From contig CACVAW010000010.1 in NCBI GenBank assembly GCA_902727925.1, positions 72,726 through 136,725 of the forward strand: a stretch of DNA of 64,000 nucleotides, in the 5' to 3' direction. Below, piece by piece: positions 14,781 to 23,325 of this stretch. Each line of letters begins with the position of its first letter. Position 1 is the stretch's first letter. The notes beneath the pieces were generated by a model. It was not told where the DNA came from. It saw only the letters and a program-made list of their open reading frames with translations, and searched no databases. The translations under genes were made by a program, and so were the position numbers. The DNA is from an uncultured Campylobacterales bacterium. Its GTDB lineage: Bacteria; Campylobacterota; Campylobacteria; Campylobacterales; CACVAW01.

Positions 14781-15110
14781 GTCTAGTTTATTAAGAGCTT
14801 TTAAAGTTTCTACCTTCACATTATCAATATCTTTTATAATTAAGTTTACACTCGTTTGATTGATCTCAATATTTTCCCAATTATCTTCCTACGTATTTAG
14901 TAGTTTGTTTGTGATTGACGGAATTGGCTGGGCTAGTACTTTTGACAAATCTGAAATTGTAAGCATATAGCTCCATCCGACAATAGCGTTTCCTTTGTTA
15001 TCATATCTTTTTAGAAATACAAGTTGTTGAAGTTTATTGAGCTTTGAGATAATCTCAAACGAAGCATTTCTTTGATTTCTGTTATGTTCTGTTATGTTCT
15101 GTTTTTTCAT
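14778..15110 (-). pseudogene. Small orphan ORF interrupted by an in-frame TAG (73 codons + TAG + 36 codons)
   Basis: The track ORF 14889-15110 ends at TAG (14889-14891). The same frame stays open for 36 more codons (EDNWENIEINQTSVNLIIKDIDNVKVETLKALNKLD) up to TAA at 14778-14780 in the terminator hairpin. A 10-bp tandem duplication cagaacataa x2 lies near the 5' end. Confidence 0.3.
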
Positions 15111-15549
15111 TACGCCAAGTATTATAACTAAGGCTTGATACTGCTACAATAAGACTGATTATAGCTACAAGGTTTCTTCATATTTGGCTAAGTATAGTTC
15201 TTTTCATTAATTACTTCTTTTGTTCATTATTATGTATAAATTTTATTTCAACTGTTGTTGTATAATAGATACTTTGAGTATCTGAGAGAATACCATTTAC
15301 TTTTATTTGCTCTATTATTTTATCAGGAAAAACTTTTTGAAGGATTTTTGTTAGTTTACTTATAAATAAACCTTTGTTTAATATTACTGTAATAATACTT
15401 TTGAGCTTTTTAAAGCACTTATTTTGTCGATTAACTCTTTTCCTTTAAAAAAGAAAGAAATTCATTATTTTTTAGGTGTAAAAAGGGAAGGAAAAACCTC
15501 TAATATAAAATTCATCTTTTATTTTAGCGTTTATAGAGTGGACAAAAAG

Positions 15550-15655
15550 ATTATTACTCCACTATTAAAATATAGAAAATAATTTTTTCTATGATACCCT
15601 AAAAATAGTACTCTTATGCCATTTAAATTGCTATATTTAATTGGTGCGGTAATAA
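15550..15655. repeat. 106-bp perfect inverted repeat, left copy
   Basis: Exact reverse complement of 32014-32119, checked base by base. It contains the short ORF ATG 15617 MPFKLLYLIGAVII-stop. Confidence 0.95.
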
Positions 15656-15824
15656 TTTAATTCGTGAAACCTTTTTCTACATTTAGGTACAAGATTTTTA
15701 CTCTTTTTTCAAAATTAACTAAGAACAGATAGATACCTAATAAAATTCTATACAAAAAACATCTTCTTAATTAGATATAATAAACCAATTATTAAAACTG
15801 ATATAAAATCAAATAAGGACTCTA

Positions 15825-16994
15825 ATGCTTTCAAAATTTTCTTTTGGTACATACAGAACCACAAATAAAGACACTTCACACAAAGAAGCTCTAAAACACG
15901 CTATTGATGTAGGTATAAGAGACATCGATACATCATCAAACTATATGTTCGGAGACGCAGAACTCTTGATAGCAGATGTACTAAAAGAAACTAATAAAAA
16001 AGTCAAAGTAGTTTCAAAAGGTGGATATATACAAGGACCAACTCTTGAGCGTGTAAAAAATGGCTACAAAGTGGAAGACCTAGTAGAGTACGACCCAAAT
16101 TGCTTTCACTCTATATCTCCTGATTTTTTAGATGACCAAATAGAAAAATCTTTACAAAGACTTGGAACTGAATGCATAGATACCTACCTACTACATAATC
16201 CAGAATATTATTTAATGGCTGAGTTGAAAAAATCTGAAGATATAAAACATCATCAAAACATCATGCAAGAGCGTATCAAAAAAGCGTTTGGTACACTCGA
16301 ACAAAAAGTTAAAGAGGGCAAAATAAAAAACTATGGTATCAGTTCAAACTCGTTTGCCAAAAAAAGTGATGATAAGTACTTTTTAGAGTACAAAAACTTG
16401 ATAAAACACGCAAAAAATATAGCGGGAGAAGGTCACCATCTAAAAGTACTACAACTTCCTATGAACTTACTTGAAACTCATGGAGAGGCCTGTGCAAAGT
16501 GGGGATATGAAAACAACCTTGAAATCCATATAAACAGACCACTAAACGCTTTTCATCCTAAACTAGGAATGGTAAGACTAGCTAATTATTCAAGATGTAG
16601 CGAATATTTAGAACTACTACAAAAGTCCAAAGACCTATCACCAGAGCTTACTCCAATCATAACTCAACTTGAATCAATACTCACAGACTTTAGATGGGCA
16701 GGAGATATTGATGATACATTGACATACAAAGTCATCCCTCATATCAACAAAAATGTCACTTTAAATACAAATGAAGAGATAGATATATTAAGTGATTTTT
16801 TAGATTGTTATAAGGCTGAAGCAAAACATTTATTATCAGTAAAAACAAAATATGAACTTAAAAAAAGAGATATAAACGTACAAGAATCCATAGATAAAAC
16901 TGCTATAAAATACCTCAAAGATAACCCACACATAACAAAAATATTAATAGGTATGAGAAGCAAAGAATATGTAGACAGAGTCTTACAATACTAG
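15825..16994 (+). CDS. Aldo/keto reductase family oxidoreductase
   Basis: N-terminal FGTYRT...ALKHAIDVGIRDIDTSSNYMFGDAE and later IDTYLLHNPE follow the AKR pattern. Confidence 0.75.
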   Translation: MLSKFSFGTYRTTNKDTSHKEALKHAIDVGIRDIDTSSNYMFGDAELLIADVLKETNKKVKVVSKGGYIQGPTLERVKNGYKVEDLVEYDPNCFHSISPDFLDDQIEKSLQRLGTECIDTYLLHNPEYYLMAELKKSEDIKHHQNIMQERIKKAFGTLEQKVKEGKIKNYGISSNSFAKKSDDKYFLEYKNLIKHAKNIAGEGHHLKVLQLPMNLLETHGEACAKWGYENNLEIHINRPLNAFHPKLGMVRLANYSRCSEYLELLQKSKDLSPELTPIITQLESILTDFRWAGDIDDTLTYKVIPHINKNVTLNTNEEIDILSDFLDCYKAEAKHLLSVKTKYELKKRDINVQESIDKTAIKYLKDNPHITKILIGMRSKEYVDRVLQY

Positions 16995-17047
16995 CTTAAA
17001 ATCCACTATTTAACATATTTTGCTAAAATCCCAAAACTATTATAATA

Positions 17048-17314
17048 GAGACCTCTGAACAATTATAGTGATTCATAGCATTAAATACTTTTTAGTATAG
17101 TTCTTTTGCAGATTGAAGTACTAGCCATAGTTAATACGAAAGCTGCAAAGGGATTATACTGAGAAGTATTTATTGCCCAAAGGGAAGGATTGTTTTGGCG
17201 ATTTTTAGAAAAATAAAATCTTGCATTAGCTATGGCTAGTGCTTCTATTTTCTTTTTCTAAAACTCATCCAAAACCTATCCTTCTATGGACCACTATAAT
17301 TGTTCAGAGGTCTC
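17048..17314. repeat. 267-bp element bounded by 23-bp perfect terminal inverted repeats (MITE-like, or a long structured RNA)
   Basis: GAGACCTCTGAACAATTATAGTG (17048-17070) pairs with CACTATAATTGTTCAGAGGTCTC (17292-17314). A nested inner inverted repeat is gtactagccatagttaat / attagctatggctagtgc. AATA flanks both ends. No ORF lies inside. Confidence 0.5.
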
Positions 17315-17332
17315 AATACCAAGGAATAAATA

Positions 17333-18247
17333 ATGATGTATACAGTCGGACATAAAATACCTGATTCAGATTCAACTTGTAGTGCACTCTCACTTGCCTA
17401 TCTTATGAATAAGCTAGGACGCGAAGCAACTCCTGCTGTTCAAGGTAAACTCAACCCTGAAACAAAATTCATACTTAAAACTTTTGGCTTTGAGGCTCCT
17501 CAGCTGAAACAAAATTTTGATGGAGACAATGTGTTTATCACTGATCACTCAGACCGTGCTCAAAGTCATGATTTAACAAAGGCTACAATTGTAGGTATCG
17601 TAGATCATCATAAGCTAGGAGACATGACAAGTAAAGCTCCACTTGAATGCTGGATAAGACCTGTGGGATGTACAAATACTATAGTAAAAGAGATGTATGA
17701 CTTTCATAAAGTTGCCATTCCAAAGGGTATTGCAGGACTAATGATGAGCGCAATTCTTAGTGATACTGTGATATTTAAGTCTCCTACTTGTACACCTGTT
17801 GATATTGCGGCTGTTGAAGAACTAGCCCTCATAGCAGAAGTTGACGACTACAGAGCATTTGCACTTGAGATGTTCAAAGTAAAATCAAAAATCGAAGGAA
17901 CTCCAACTAAAGACCTTGTACTAAGAGATTTTAAAGATTTTGAGATGAATGGTAAAAAAATAGGTGTTGGACAACTTGAGGTTGTAGATATATCACTTTT
18001 TGACGATATAAAAGATGACTTAATGAATGACTTAAAAACATTCAAAAACGATGGACGAAACAGTATGTTACTACTTCTTACAGATATTATAAAAGAGGGA
18101 AGTGAACTTCTTGTTGTTAGTGATGATGAAGCAAAAATAGAAGATGCCTTTGATGTAAAACTTACAAATAATAAAGCTTGGCTAGAGGGTGTACTAAGCC
18201 GTAAAAAGCAAGTGATTCCAAATCTTGAAACCGCATTTGCAAACTAA
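17333..18247 (+). CDS. ppaC: Manganese-dependent inorganic pyrophosphatase (family II, DHH)
   Basis: GHKIPDSDSTCSA, ITDHSD, VDHHKLGD and SAILSDTVIFKSPT are DHH/DHHA2 family II PPase motifs. Confidence 0.9.
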   Translation: MMYTVGHKIPDSDSTCSALSLAYLMNKLGREATPAVQGKLNPETKFILKTFGFEAPQLKQNFDGDNVFITDHSDRAQSHDLTKATIVGIVDHHKLGDMTSKAPLECWIRPVGCTNTIVKEMYDFHKVAIPKGIAGLMMSAILSDTVIFKSPTCTPVDIAAVEELALIAEVDDYRAFALEMFKVKSKIEGTPTKDLVLRDFKDFEMNGKKIGVGQLEVVDISLFDDIKDDLMNDLKTFKNDGRNSMLLLLTDIIKEGSELLVVSDDEAKIEDAFDVKLTNNKAWLEGVLSRKKQVIPNLETAFAN

Positions 18248-18256
18248 AGGTACTTA

Positions 18257-19846
18257 ATGCTCAATATAAAAAACTTAACTAAACAGTATGGAAAAAGAAA
18301 ACTATTTGATAATATCAATCAAAGCCTTGATGTTGGTAAAAGATATGGTCTAATAGGAGCAAACGGAGCAGGTAAGTCAACTCTTGTAAAAATAATGGGA
18401 GGTGAGGAAGATAGTACCTCTGGAGAGATACAACTACAAAATGGTCTTAAAATGGGAGTTCTTGGTCAAAACCAATATGCCTATGAAGAGTTCACATTAA
18501 AAGACGCAGTTCTAAAAGGGAACCAAAGACTTTTTGACGCGATTAAAGAGAAAGAGGCACTATACGAAGCTGGAGATTTTAGCGACAAGGTTAATGATAG
18601 ACTAGGTATACTTGAGATGGTATGTGTTGAAGAAGATCCAATGTATGAAGCAGAAGTAAGAATAGAAAAACTTCTTGAAAACCTAGGTTTTGAAGCATCT
18701 ATGCAAAACGATAAAATGAGTTCAATCTCAAATGCAAATAAATTCAAAATCTTACTTGCACAAGTACTATTCCCAAAACCTGATGTACTACTACTTGATG
18801 AGCCTACAAACAACCTTGATATCGAAACCATCTCATGGCTAGAAAATGAGCTTAAAAACCATGAGGGAACAATGCTCATAATCTCACATGATAGACATTT
18901 TTTAAACTCAGTAGTTACACATATATTAGATCTTGACTTTGGAACACTTAGAGAGTTCAAAGGCACTTATGACGACTGGTATATAGCAGCAAATGTAATT
19001 CAAAAACAAAATGAACTTGACCGCGGCAAAAAATTAAAAGAGAAAAAAGAACTTGAGAGCTTCGTAGCAAGATTTAGCGCAAACGCCTCAAAAGCAAAAC
19101 AAGCAACAAGTAGACAAAAACAACTTGACAAACTAGACATCGGAGCAATCCAAGTGTCAACTAGAAGAAACCCAAATATAGTGTTTAACAAATCAAGAGA
19201 TGTAGGTAAAGTAATCCTAGAAATAGAAAATCTATCAAAATCTTATGATGATGTAAAAGTGTATGATAATTACGATTTCAAAGTAGAAAAAGATGACAAA
19301 ATAGCCATCATAGGCTCAAATGGTGTAGGTAAAACTACATTCTTAGAATTAATAACAAAGAATATATCCGCTGATAGTGGAACTATAAAATGGGGTGAGA
19401 CAATATCACACTCATACTTCCCACAAAATACAACAGAAATGATAACAGGCGAAGACAAACTATACGACTGGGTACAAGGCTTTAATCCCAAATGGCATAT
19501 AGATGATATAAGAAAAGCCCTAGGACGTATGCTATTCTCAGGTGAAGATCAAGACAAAAAAGTCTCAGCACTAAGTGGTGGAGAAAAACACCGTATGATG
19601 ATATCAAAAATGATGATGGAAAGCTCAAACTTCATAATATTTGATGAACCAGACAATCACTTAGACCTTGAAGCTATAATCGCACTTGGAGAGAGCTTAT
19701 ACAACTATGAAGCAAATGTAATATGCGTAACTCACGATAGAGAACTAATAGATGCTTTTGCAAATAGAATAATAGAAATCAAAAATGACGGAACAATAAC
19801 TGACTTCAAAGGGAGTTATGAAGAGTATAAAGAAGTGAATGAATAA
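18257..19846 (+). CDS. ABC-F family ATPase (two ABC domains, no TM domain)
   Basis: Two Walker A sites (GANGAGKST, GSNGVGKTT), two signature/Walker B sets (LLLDEPTNNLD, LSGGEKHR...IFDEPDNHLD) and a charged linker. Confidence 0.9.
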   Translation: MLNIKNLTKQYGKRKLFDNINQSLDVGKRYGLIGANGAGKSTLVKIMGGEEDSTSGEIQLQNGLKMGVLGQNQYAYEEFTLKDAVLKGNQRLFDAIKEKEALYEAGDFSDKVNDRLGILEMVCVEEDPMYEAEVRIEKLLENLGFEASMQNDKMSSISNANKFKILLAQVLFPKPDVLLLDEPTNNLDIETISWLENELKNHEGTMLIISHDRHFLNSVVTHILDLDFGTLREFKGTYDDWYIAANVIQKQNELDRGKKLKEKKELESFVARFSANASKAKQATSRQKQLDKLDIGAIQVSTRRNPNIVFNKSRDVGKVILEIENLSKSYDDVKVYDNYDFKVEKDDKIAIIGSNGVGKTTFLELITKNISADSGTIKWGETISHSYFPQNTTEMITGEDKLYDWVQGFNPKWHIDDIRKALGRMLFSGEDQDKKVSALSGGEKHRMMISKMMMESSNFIIFDEPDNHLDLEAIIALGESLYNYEANVICVTHDRELIDAFANRIIEIKNDGTITDFKGSYEEYKEVNE

Positions 19847-20302
19847 ATCTCTTATATCTTTGTAACAAAACTAGCAATTGAGGACGGAGTAAATATAATT
19901 ATGTTTACTCTGTAAACTCTTATCATAAGCTGGGCGATATTTCTTATAATCGTAATCAAAAACAATTTAAAAGAGTTCAAAAAAATATCTTTGAAGCTGA
20001 CTTAATTAAAAAAACCTATGAATGTTTACCTTGATTTTATACAAAAACCGGCATAATTCATAAAGATAAAAGGTGGAAATAAATCTTCACTAAATCCTGT
20101 TTAGATAAATCAGGGCATTATCCACTATCTATGTATTAATATTTAACAATGATTTTTATAGGTTTGATCACACGTATGGTTATGGGTATTTTATGGATTA
20201 TAGGTATGTTAAGTATATCATTCAAACTACTATAGAAGAGGATTTTTCTGCAACTATGAATCAATTTATTGAAAAATATATGTATTAAAAGTATAACAGT
20301 TT

Positions 20303-21412
20303 ATGTTTTTTAAAACCTCTGCTTTTTATTTCTTTTACTTTTCTTCTGTTGGGATACAAGTAATATTTCTTGCTGATATTCTTAAGAATATCGGTTATAG
20401 CCCTTATCTCGTAGGTATTGTATTTGCAATGCCTGGTATTATGAAGTTTGTTTTGCCTTTTTTGTTTATACGAATGAGGATAACTAAGTTCCAGCTGTAC
20501 TTTTATCAAGTACTTTTTATTCTTGCGAGTACAAGTTTGTATTTTACAATTGAGAATTTTTATTTACTTCTTATTAGTATATCCGTAATTGCATTTTGTA
20601 GTGGAGTATTGCTTCCGTTAGTTGATAGTATATCTATGCAAGTGTTTGGAAGTGGAAGATATGGGAAAACTAGACTTTGGGGTTCTATTGGATTTATTCT
20701 TATAGGACTTTTTTTAGGTGAAGTTCTTAGTGGATATTTTTTGGCACTTCATTGTTATTTGCTTTGTACAATTATGATAGTGTTGTTTTCTTATCTTTGT
20801 ATTGATGATGAACATTTGGTATTACCAAAATATGATTTTAATAGTAAAATAACTTCAAGAATTAATCAAAATAATTTTTGGATATCTATATTTTTATTGC
20901 AAGTAAGTTTTGGTGCGATGTATGGATTTTTTACTATATATGAGAGGTCTTTTGGTGTATCTCTTAGTACTATTAGTTATTTTTGGACAGTAGCTGTTGT
21001 GTGTGAGATAGTTATGCTTAATTATCAATCTTCAGTACTTAAGAGATTTGATCTTCTTAGTCTTATTAAGTTTTGTATAGGCGTGACTGTTATTCGGTGG
21101 TTTATACTTTACTTATATCCAGCGAGCGAGATCCTTGTGTATCTATCACAAGGATTACATGCTTTTAGTTTTGCTCTATTTTTAAGTGCAAGTTTGGCAT
21201 ATTTACACAAATATTATCATAATAAGAATTTGGTTCAAATGTTTTTTCAAGGTATAGTTTTCGGGCTTGGAAGTTTTGTAGGCTTTTATCTTTTTGGACT
21301 TTTATATGGACGAGAACTGTTTTTATATGCTGCTATTATAGCTTTTGTTTCGTTTGTAGTCTTAGCTTACCAGAAGAAAGAAACACATTTAAAAAAGGAT
21401 ATTGATGTTTGA
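20303..21412 (+). CDS. MFS-type transporter (12-TM-like hydrophobic profile)
   Basis: Hydrophobic throughout, with a GxLxDRxGxxR-like loop (GSGRYGKTRLWGS). Family assignment is tentative. Confidence 0.65.
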   Translation: MFFKTSAFYFFYFSSVGIQVIFLADILKNIGYSPYLVGIVFAMPGIMKFVLPFLFIRMRITKFQLYFYQVLFILASTSLYFTIENFYLLLISISVIAFCSGVLLPLVDSISMQVFGSGRYGKTRLWGSIGFILIGLFLGEVLSGYFLALHCYLLCTIMIVLFSYLCIDDEHLVLPKYDFNSKITSRINQNNFWISIFLLQVSFGAMYGFFTIYERSFGVSLSTISYFWTVAVVCEIVMLNYQSSVLKRFDLLSLIKFCIGVTVIRWFILYLYPASEILVYLSQGLHAFSFALFLSASLAYLHKYYHNKNLVQMFFQGIVFGLGSFVGFYLFGLLYGRELFLYAAIIAFVSFVVLAYQKKETHLKKDIDV

Positions 21413-21857
21413 TATGATTTTGAATTCTAGAGCTGATTGGGTTGTTAACTTTGTAATCTTTTGCTCTTTTATTTTGCCATTTGCTTTAGTGTTTTCTTTC
21501 AAGTTAGCACGTAAGAAGAAGTATTTATTACACAAGTATACTCAAATAGGGCTTTTTGTAGTGGCTACGCTAGCAGTTATTTTACTTGAAGTTGATATTA
21601 GGTTTTTTCATCTCAATGACGCAATTGAGGTTAGTAAGTATTATGGGACTACTTATTTATTAGTACTGTTTGTGATACATCTTGTATTTGCATTTTCTTC
21701 GTATATTTTATGGATATATATGCTTATAAAGTCTTCAAAACAATACCCAAAGAAATTCAATTTTAATCATAAATTATATGGAATGATTTTGTTTTTTGAT
21801 TTACTTATGACTTCGGTTACGGGTATTTGGTTATATGTATTGTTGTTTATCTATTAA
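21402..21857 (+). CDS. Small integral membrane protein, function unknown
   Basis: About four predicted TM segments. Overlaps the upstream gene by 11 nt, suggesting co-transcription. Confidence 0.5.
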   Translation: MMFDMILNSRADWVVNFVIFCSFILPFALVFSFKLARKKKYLLHKYTQIGLFVVATLAVILLEVDIRFFHLNDAIEVSKYYGTTYLLVLFVIHLVFAFSSYILWIYMLIKSSKQYPKKFNFNHKLYGMILFFDLLMTSVTGIWLYVLLFIY

Positions 21858-21964
21858 TATTTTATATATAAACTATATAAGATAGTTATGGAGTTATTAT
21901 GGAGTTACTTATTTTTAAGTATTAAGTGTTAAACTTTTACTAATAATTAAATAGGAGTTGCTAA

Positions 21965-22705
21965 ATGGCATATAAACTAGATGAAGATTTAGAGTTTTTA
22001 CAATATTGTAGTAATGATGAATTAGATGTATTGGTAGAAACATTAACTAAAGATAAAAATGGAAAAAAAAGAGTAACTGAAAATCTTACTAAGAAAAATG
22101 GATATATACAACATAACCCAAATCATTTAATGTATTTAAATGAAATTTGTGAAGAAGTGCAAAGGTTTGGAGGAAATTCGTTCACTAATATTTTTTGGAG
22201 AAGAGGAAGTGGAGTTCAGTATAGAGAAGTTCTACTTGATGTTTGTAACAAGATGAAAGTAAATTACAATAAAAAATCAGAAACCAAAAATATTGAACAA
22301 AATTTATTAATGAAACTTTTAGAAGATGCCATGAAAAATATGTCAGAAAAAGAATTAAAAGAAATATCACAAGAGTTAAATCTGAAAACTACAAATTTCA
22401 CTTCTAATGGAGTTACTATTGCTTTACAAATAGCTATTAAACAAAGTGGCTTTCTTGCATATAAAGTTGCATTAATAGTTGCTAATTCAATTGCAAGAGC
22501 ATTATTAGGACATGGTCTAAAGTTTGGTACAAACATATTTATAACACGATCCATATCTATTTTTGCTGGGCCAATTGGCTGGGTTATAACTGGTTTATGG
22601 ACGGCTTTAGATATAGCTGGACCAGCATATCGAGTTACTATTCCAGTTACAATACAAATTGCATATTTAAGACAAAAATATATAAACAAAGAATTTTTGG
22701 AGTAA
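21965..22705 (+). CDS. YaaW-like (UPF0174/DUF3944-type) protein
   Basis: N-terminal DEDLEFLQYCSNDELDVLVETLTKDKNGKKR and later FGGNSFTNIFWRRGSGVQYREVLLDVCNKMKV resemble the E. coli YaaW sequence as I recall it. Confidence 0.6.
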   Translation: MAYKLDEDLEFLQYCSNDELDVLVETLTKDKNGKKRVTENLTKKNGYIQHNPNHLMYLNEICEEVQRFGGNSFTNIFWRRGSGVQYREVLLDVCNKMKVNYNKKSETKNIEQNLLMKLLEDAMKNMSEKELKEISQELNLKTTNFTSNGVTIALQIAIKQSGFLAYKVALIVANSIARALLGHGLKFGTNIFITRSISIFAGPIGWVITGLWTALDIAGPAYRVTIPVTIQIAYLRQKYINKEFLE

Positions 22706-22711
22706 TAAATT

Positions 22712-22870
22712 ATGGATAATGTATCAACAAAAAAAACTGACACAGTAAAACTGAGTTGCTATATTGATAAACTGTCTTATGCTAAATTTAAAAATAAATC
22801 GTTAAATAAAGGGCTGTCAATATCTGCATATTTAAGGTTTTTAATTAAAAAAGATTTAAAAGAGGGATGA
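22712..22870 (+). CDS. 52-aa ribbon-helix-helix (CopG-like) small protein; below the ORF-track cutoff
   Basis: My own translation is MDNVSTKKTDTVKLSCYIDKLSYAKFKNKSLNKGLSISAYLRFLIKKDLKEG. The beta-strand (VKLSCYID) plus two helices fits the RHH pattern. Confidence 0.4.
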   Translation: MDNVSTKKTDTVKLSCYIDKLSYAKFKNKSLNKGLSISAYLRFLIKKDLKEG

Positions 22871-22896
22871 TTTTTTAATTAAATTTTGCTTAGACA

Positions 22897-22930
22897 ATAG
22901 TCTTCTAAATAAATTTATTTAGAAGACTAT
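22897..22930. terminator. 34-nt perfect palindrome between convergent genes (bidirectional terminator candidate)
   Basis: atagtcttctaaataaa/tttatttagaagactat lies between the RHH ORF (+) and the dodecin gene (-). Confidence 0.6.
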
Positions 22931-22939
22931 ATAAGTTTT

Positions 22940-23146
22940 TTACTTATCTAACACAAAAGATATTTTTGCATTAATTCTATAGTTTACTATTTTGTCGCCA
23001 TCAACTTCTGCACTCATGTTATTTACATTAATAGACTTGATATTTTTGATAGTTTTTCCTGCCATTTTAACAGCGTCTTGTGCTGCATCTTCCCAACCTT
23101 TTTTTGATTGAGCTAGAATTTCTACTACTTTTACTACTTGTGACAT
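22940..23146 (-). CDS. Dodecin family flavin-binding protein
   Basis: The 68-aa sequence VVKVVEILAQSKKGWEDAAQDAV...INAKISFVLDK matches the dodecin length and pattern. Confidence 0.75.
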   Translation of the reverse strand: MSQVVKVVEILAQSKKGWEDAAQDAVKMAGKTIKNIKSINVNNMSAEVDGDKIVNYRINAKISFVLDK

Positions 23147-23325
23147 ATTGTTTCCTTAATTATAAATTTGAGTATATTATAGTAGAGTAAACCTAAAAAT
23201 ATCTATTTGTAATTGTAAATCTTTAAATAAACATATTTTAATCAGGCATAAAATAAATGAAGTTATAATTCGAACATTAAATTCTCAATTACGAGAGTTA
23301 TATTTTTAACTTAGGAGTTAATTAA

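Noticed and set aside
17048-17314. A metal (Mn) riboswitch controlling ppaC
   Set aside because: I could not see conserved yybP-ykoY-type core sequences. A perfect 23-bp terminal pairing is more typical of a transposon-derived element than of a riboswitch.
18481-18966. 161-aa Ser-rich minus-strand ORF
   Set aside because: It is antisense to the ABC-F gene, whose Walker and signature motifs are unambiguous.
20149-20235. 28-codon hydrophobic ORF (MIFIGLITRMVMGILWIIGMLSISFKLL) in the 450-bp spacer before the MFS gene
   Set aside because: It is too short, has no SD, and conservation cannot be assessed. It may be a small membrane peptide but is unsupported.
22264-22743. 159-aa minus-strand ORF opposite the YaaW-like gene
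   Set aside because: The plus-strand frame carries the recognisable YaaW-like N-terminus. The minus-strand product has no motifs.
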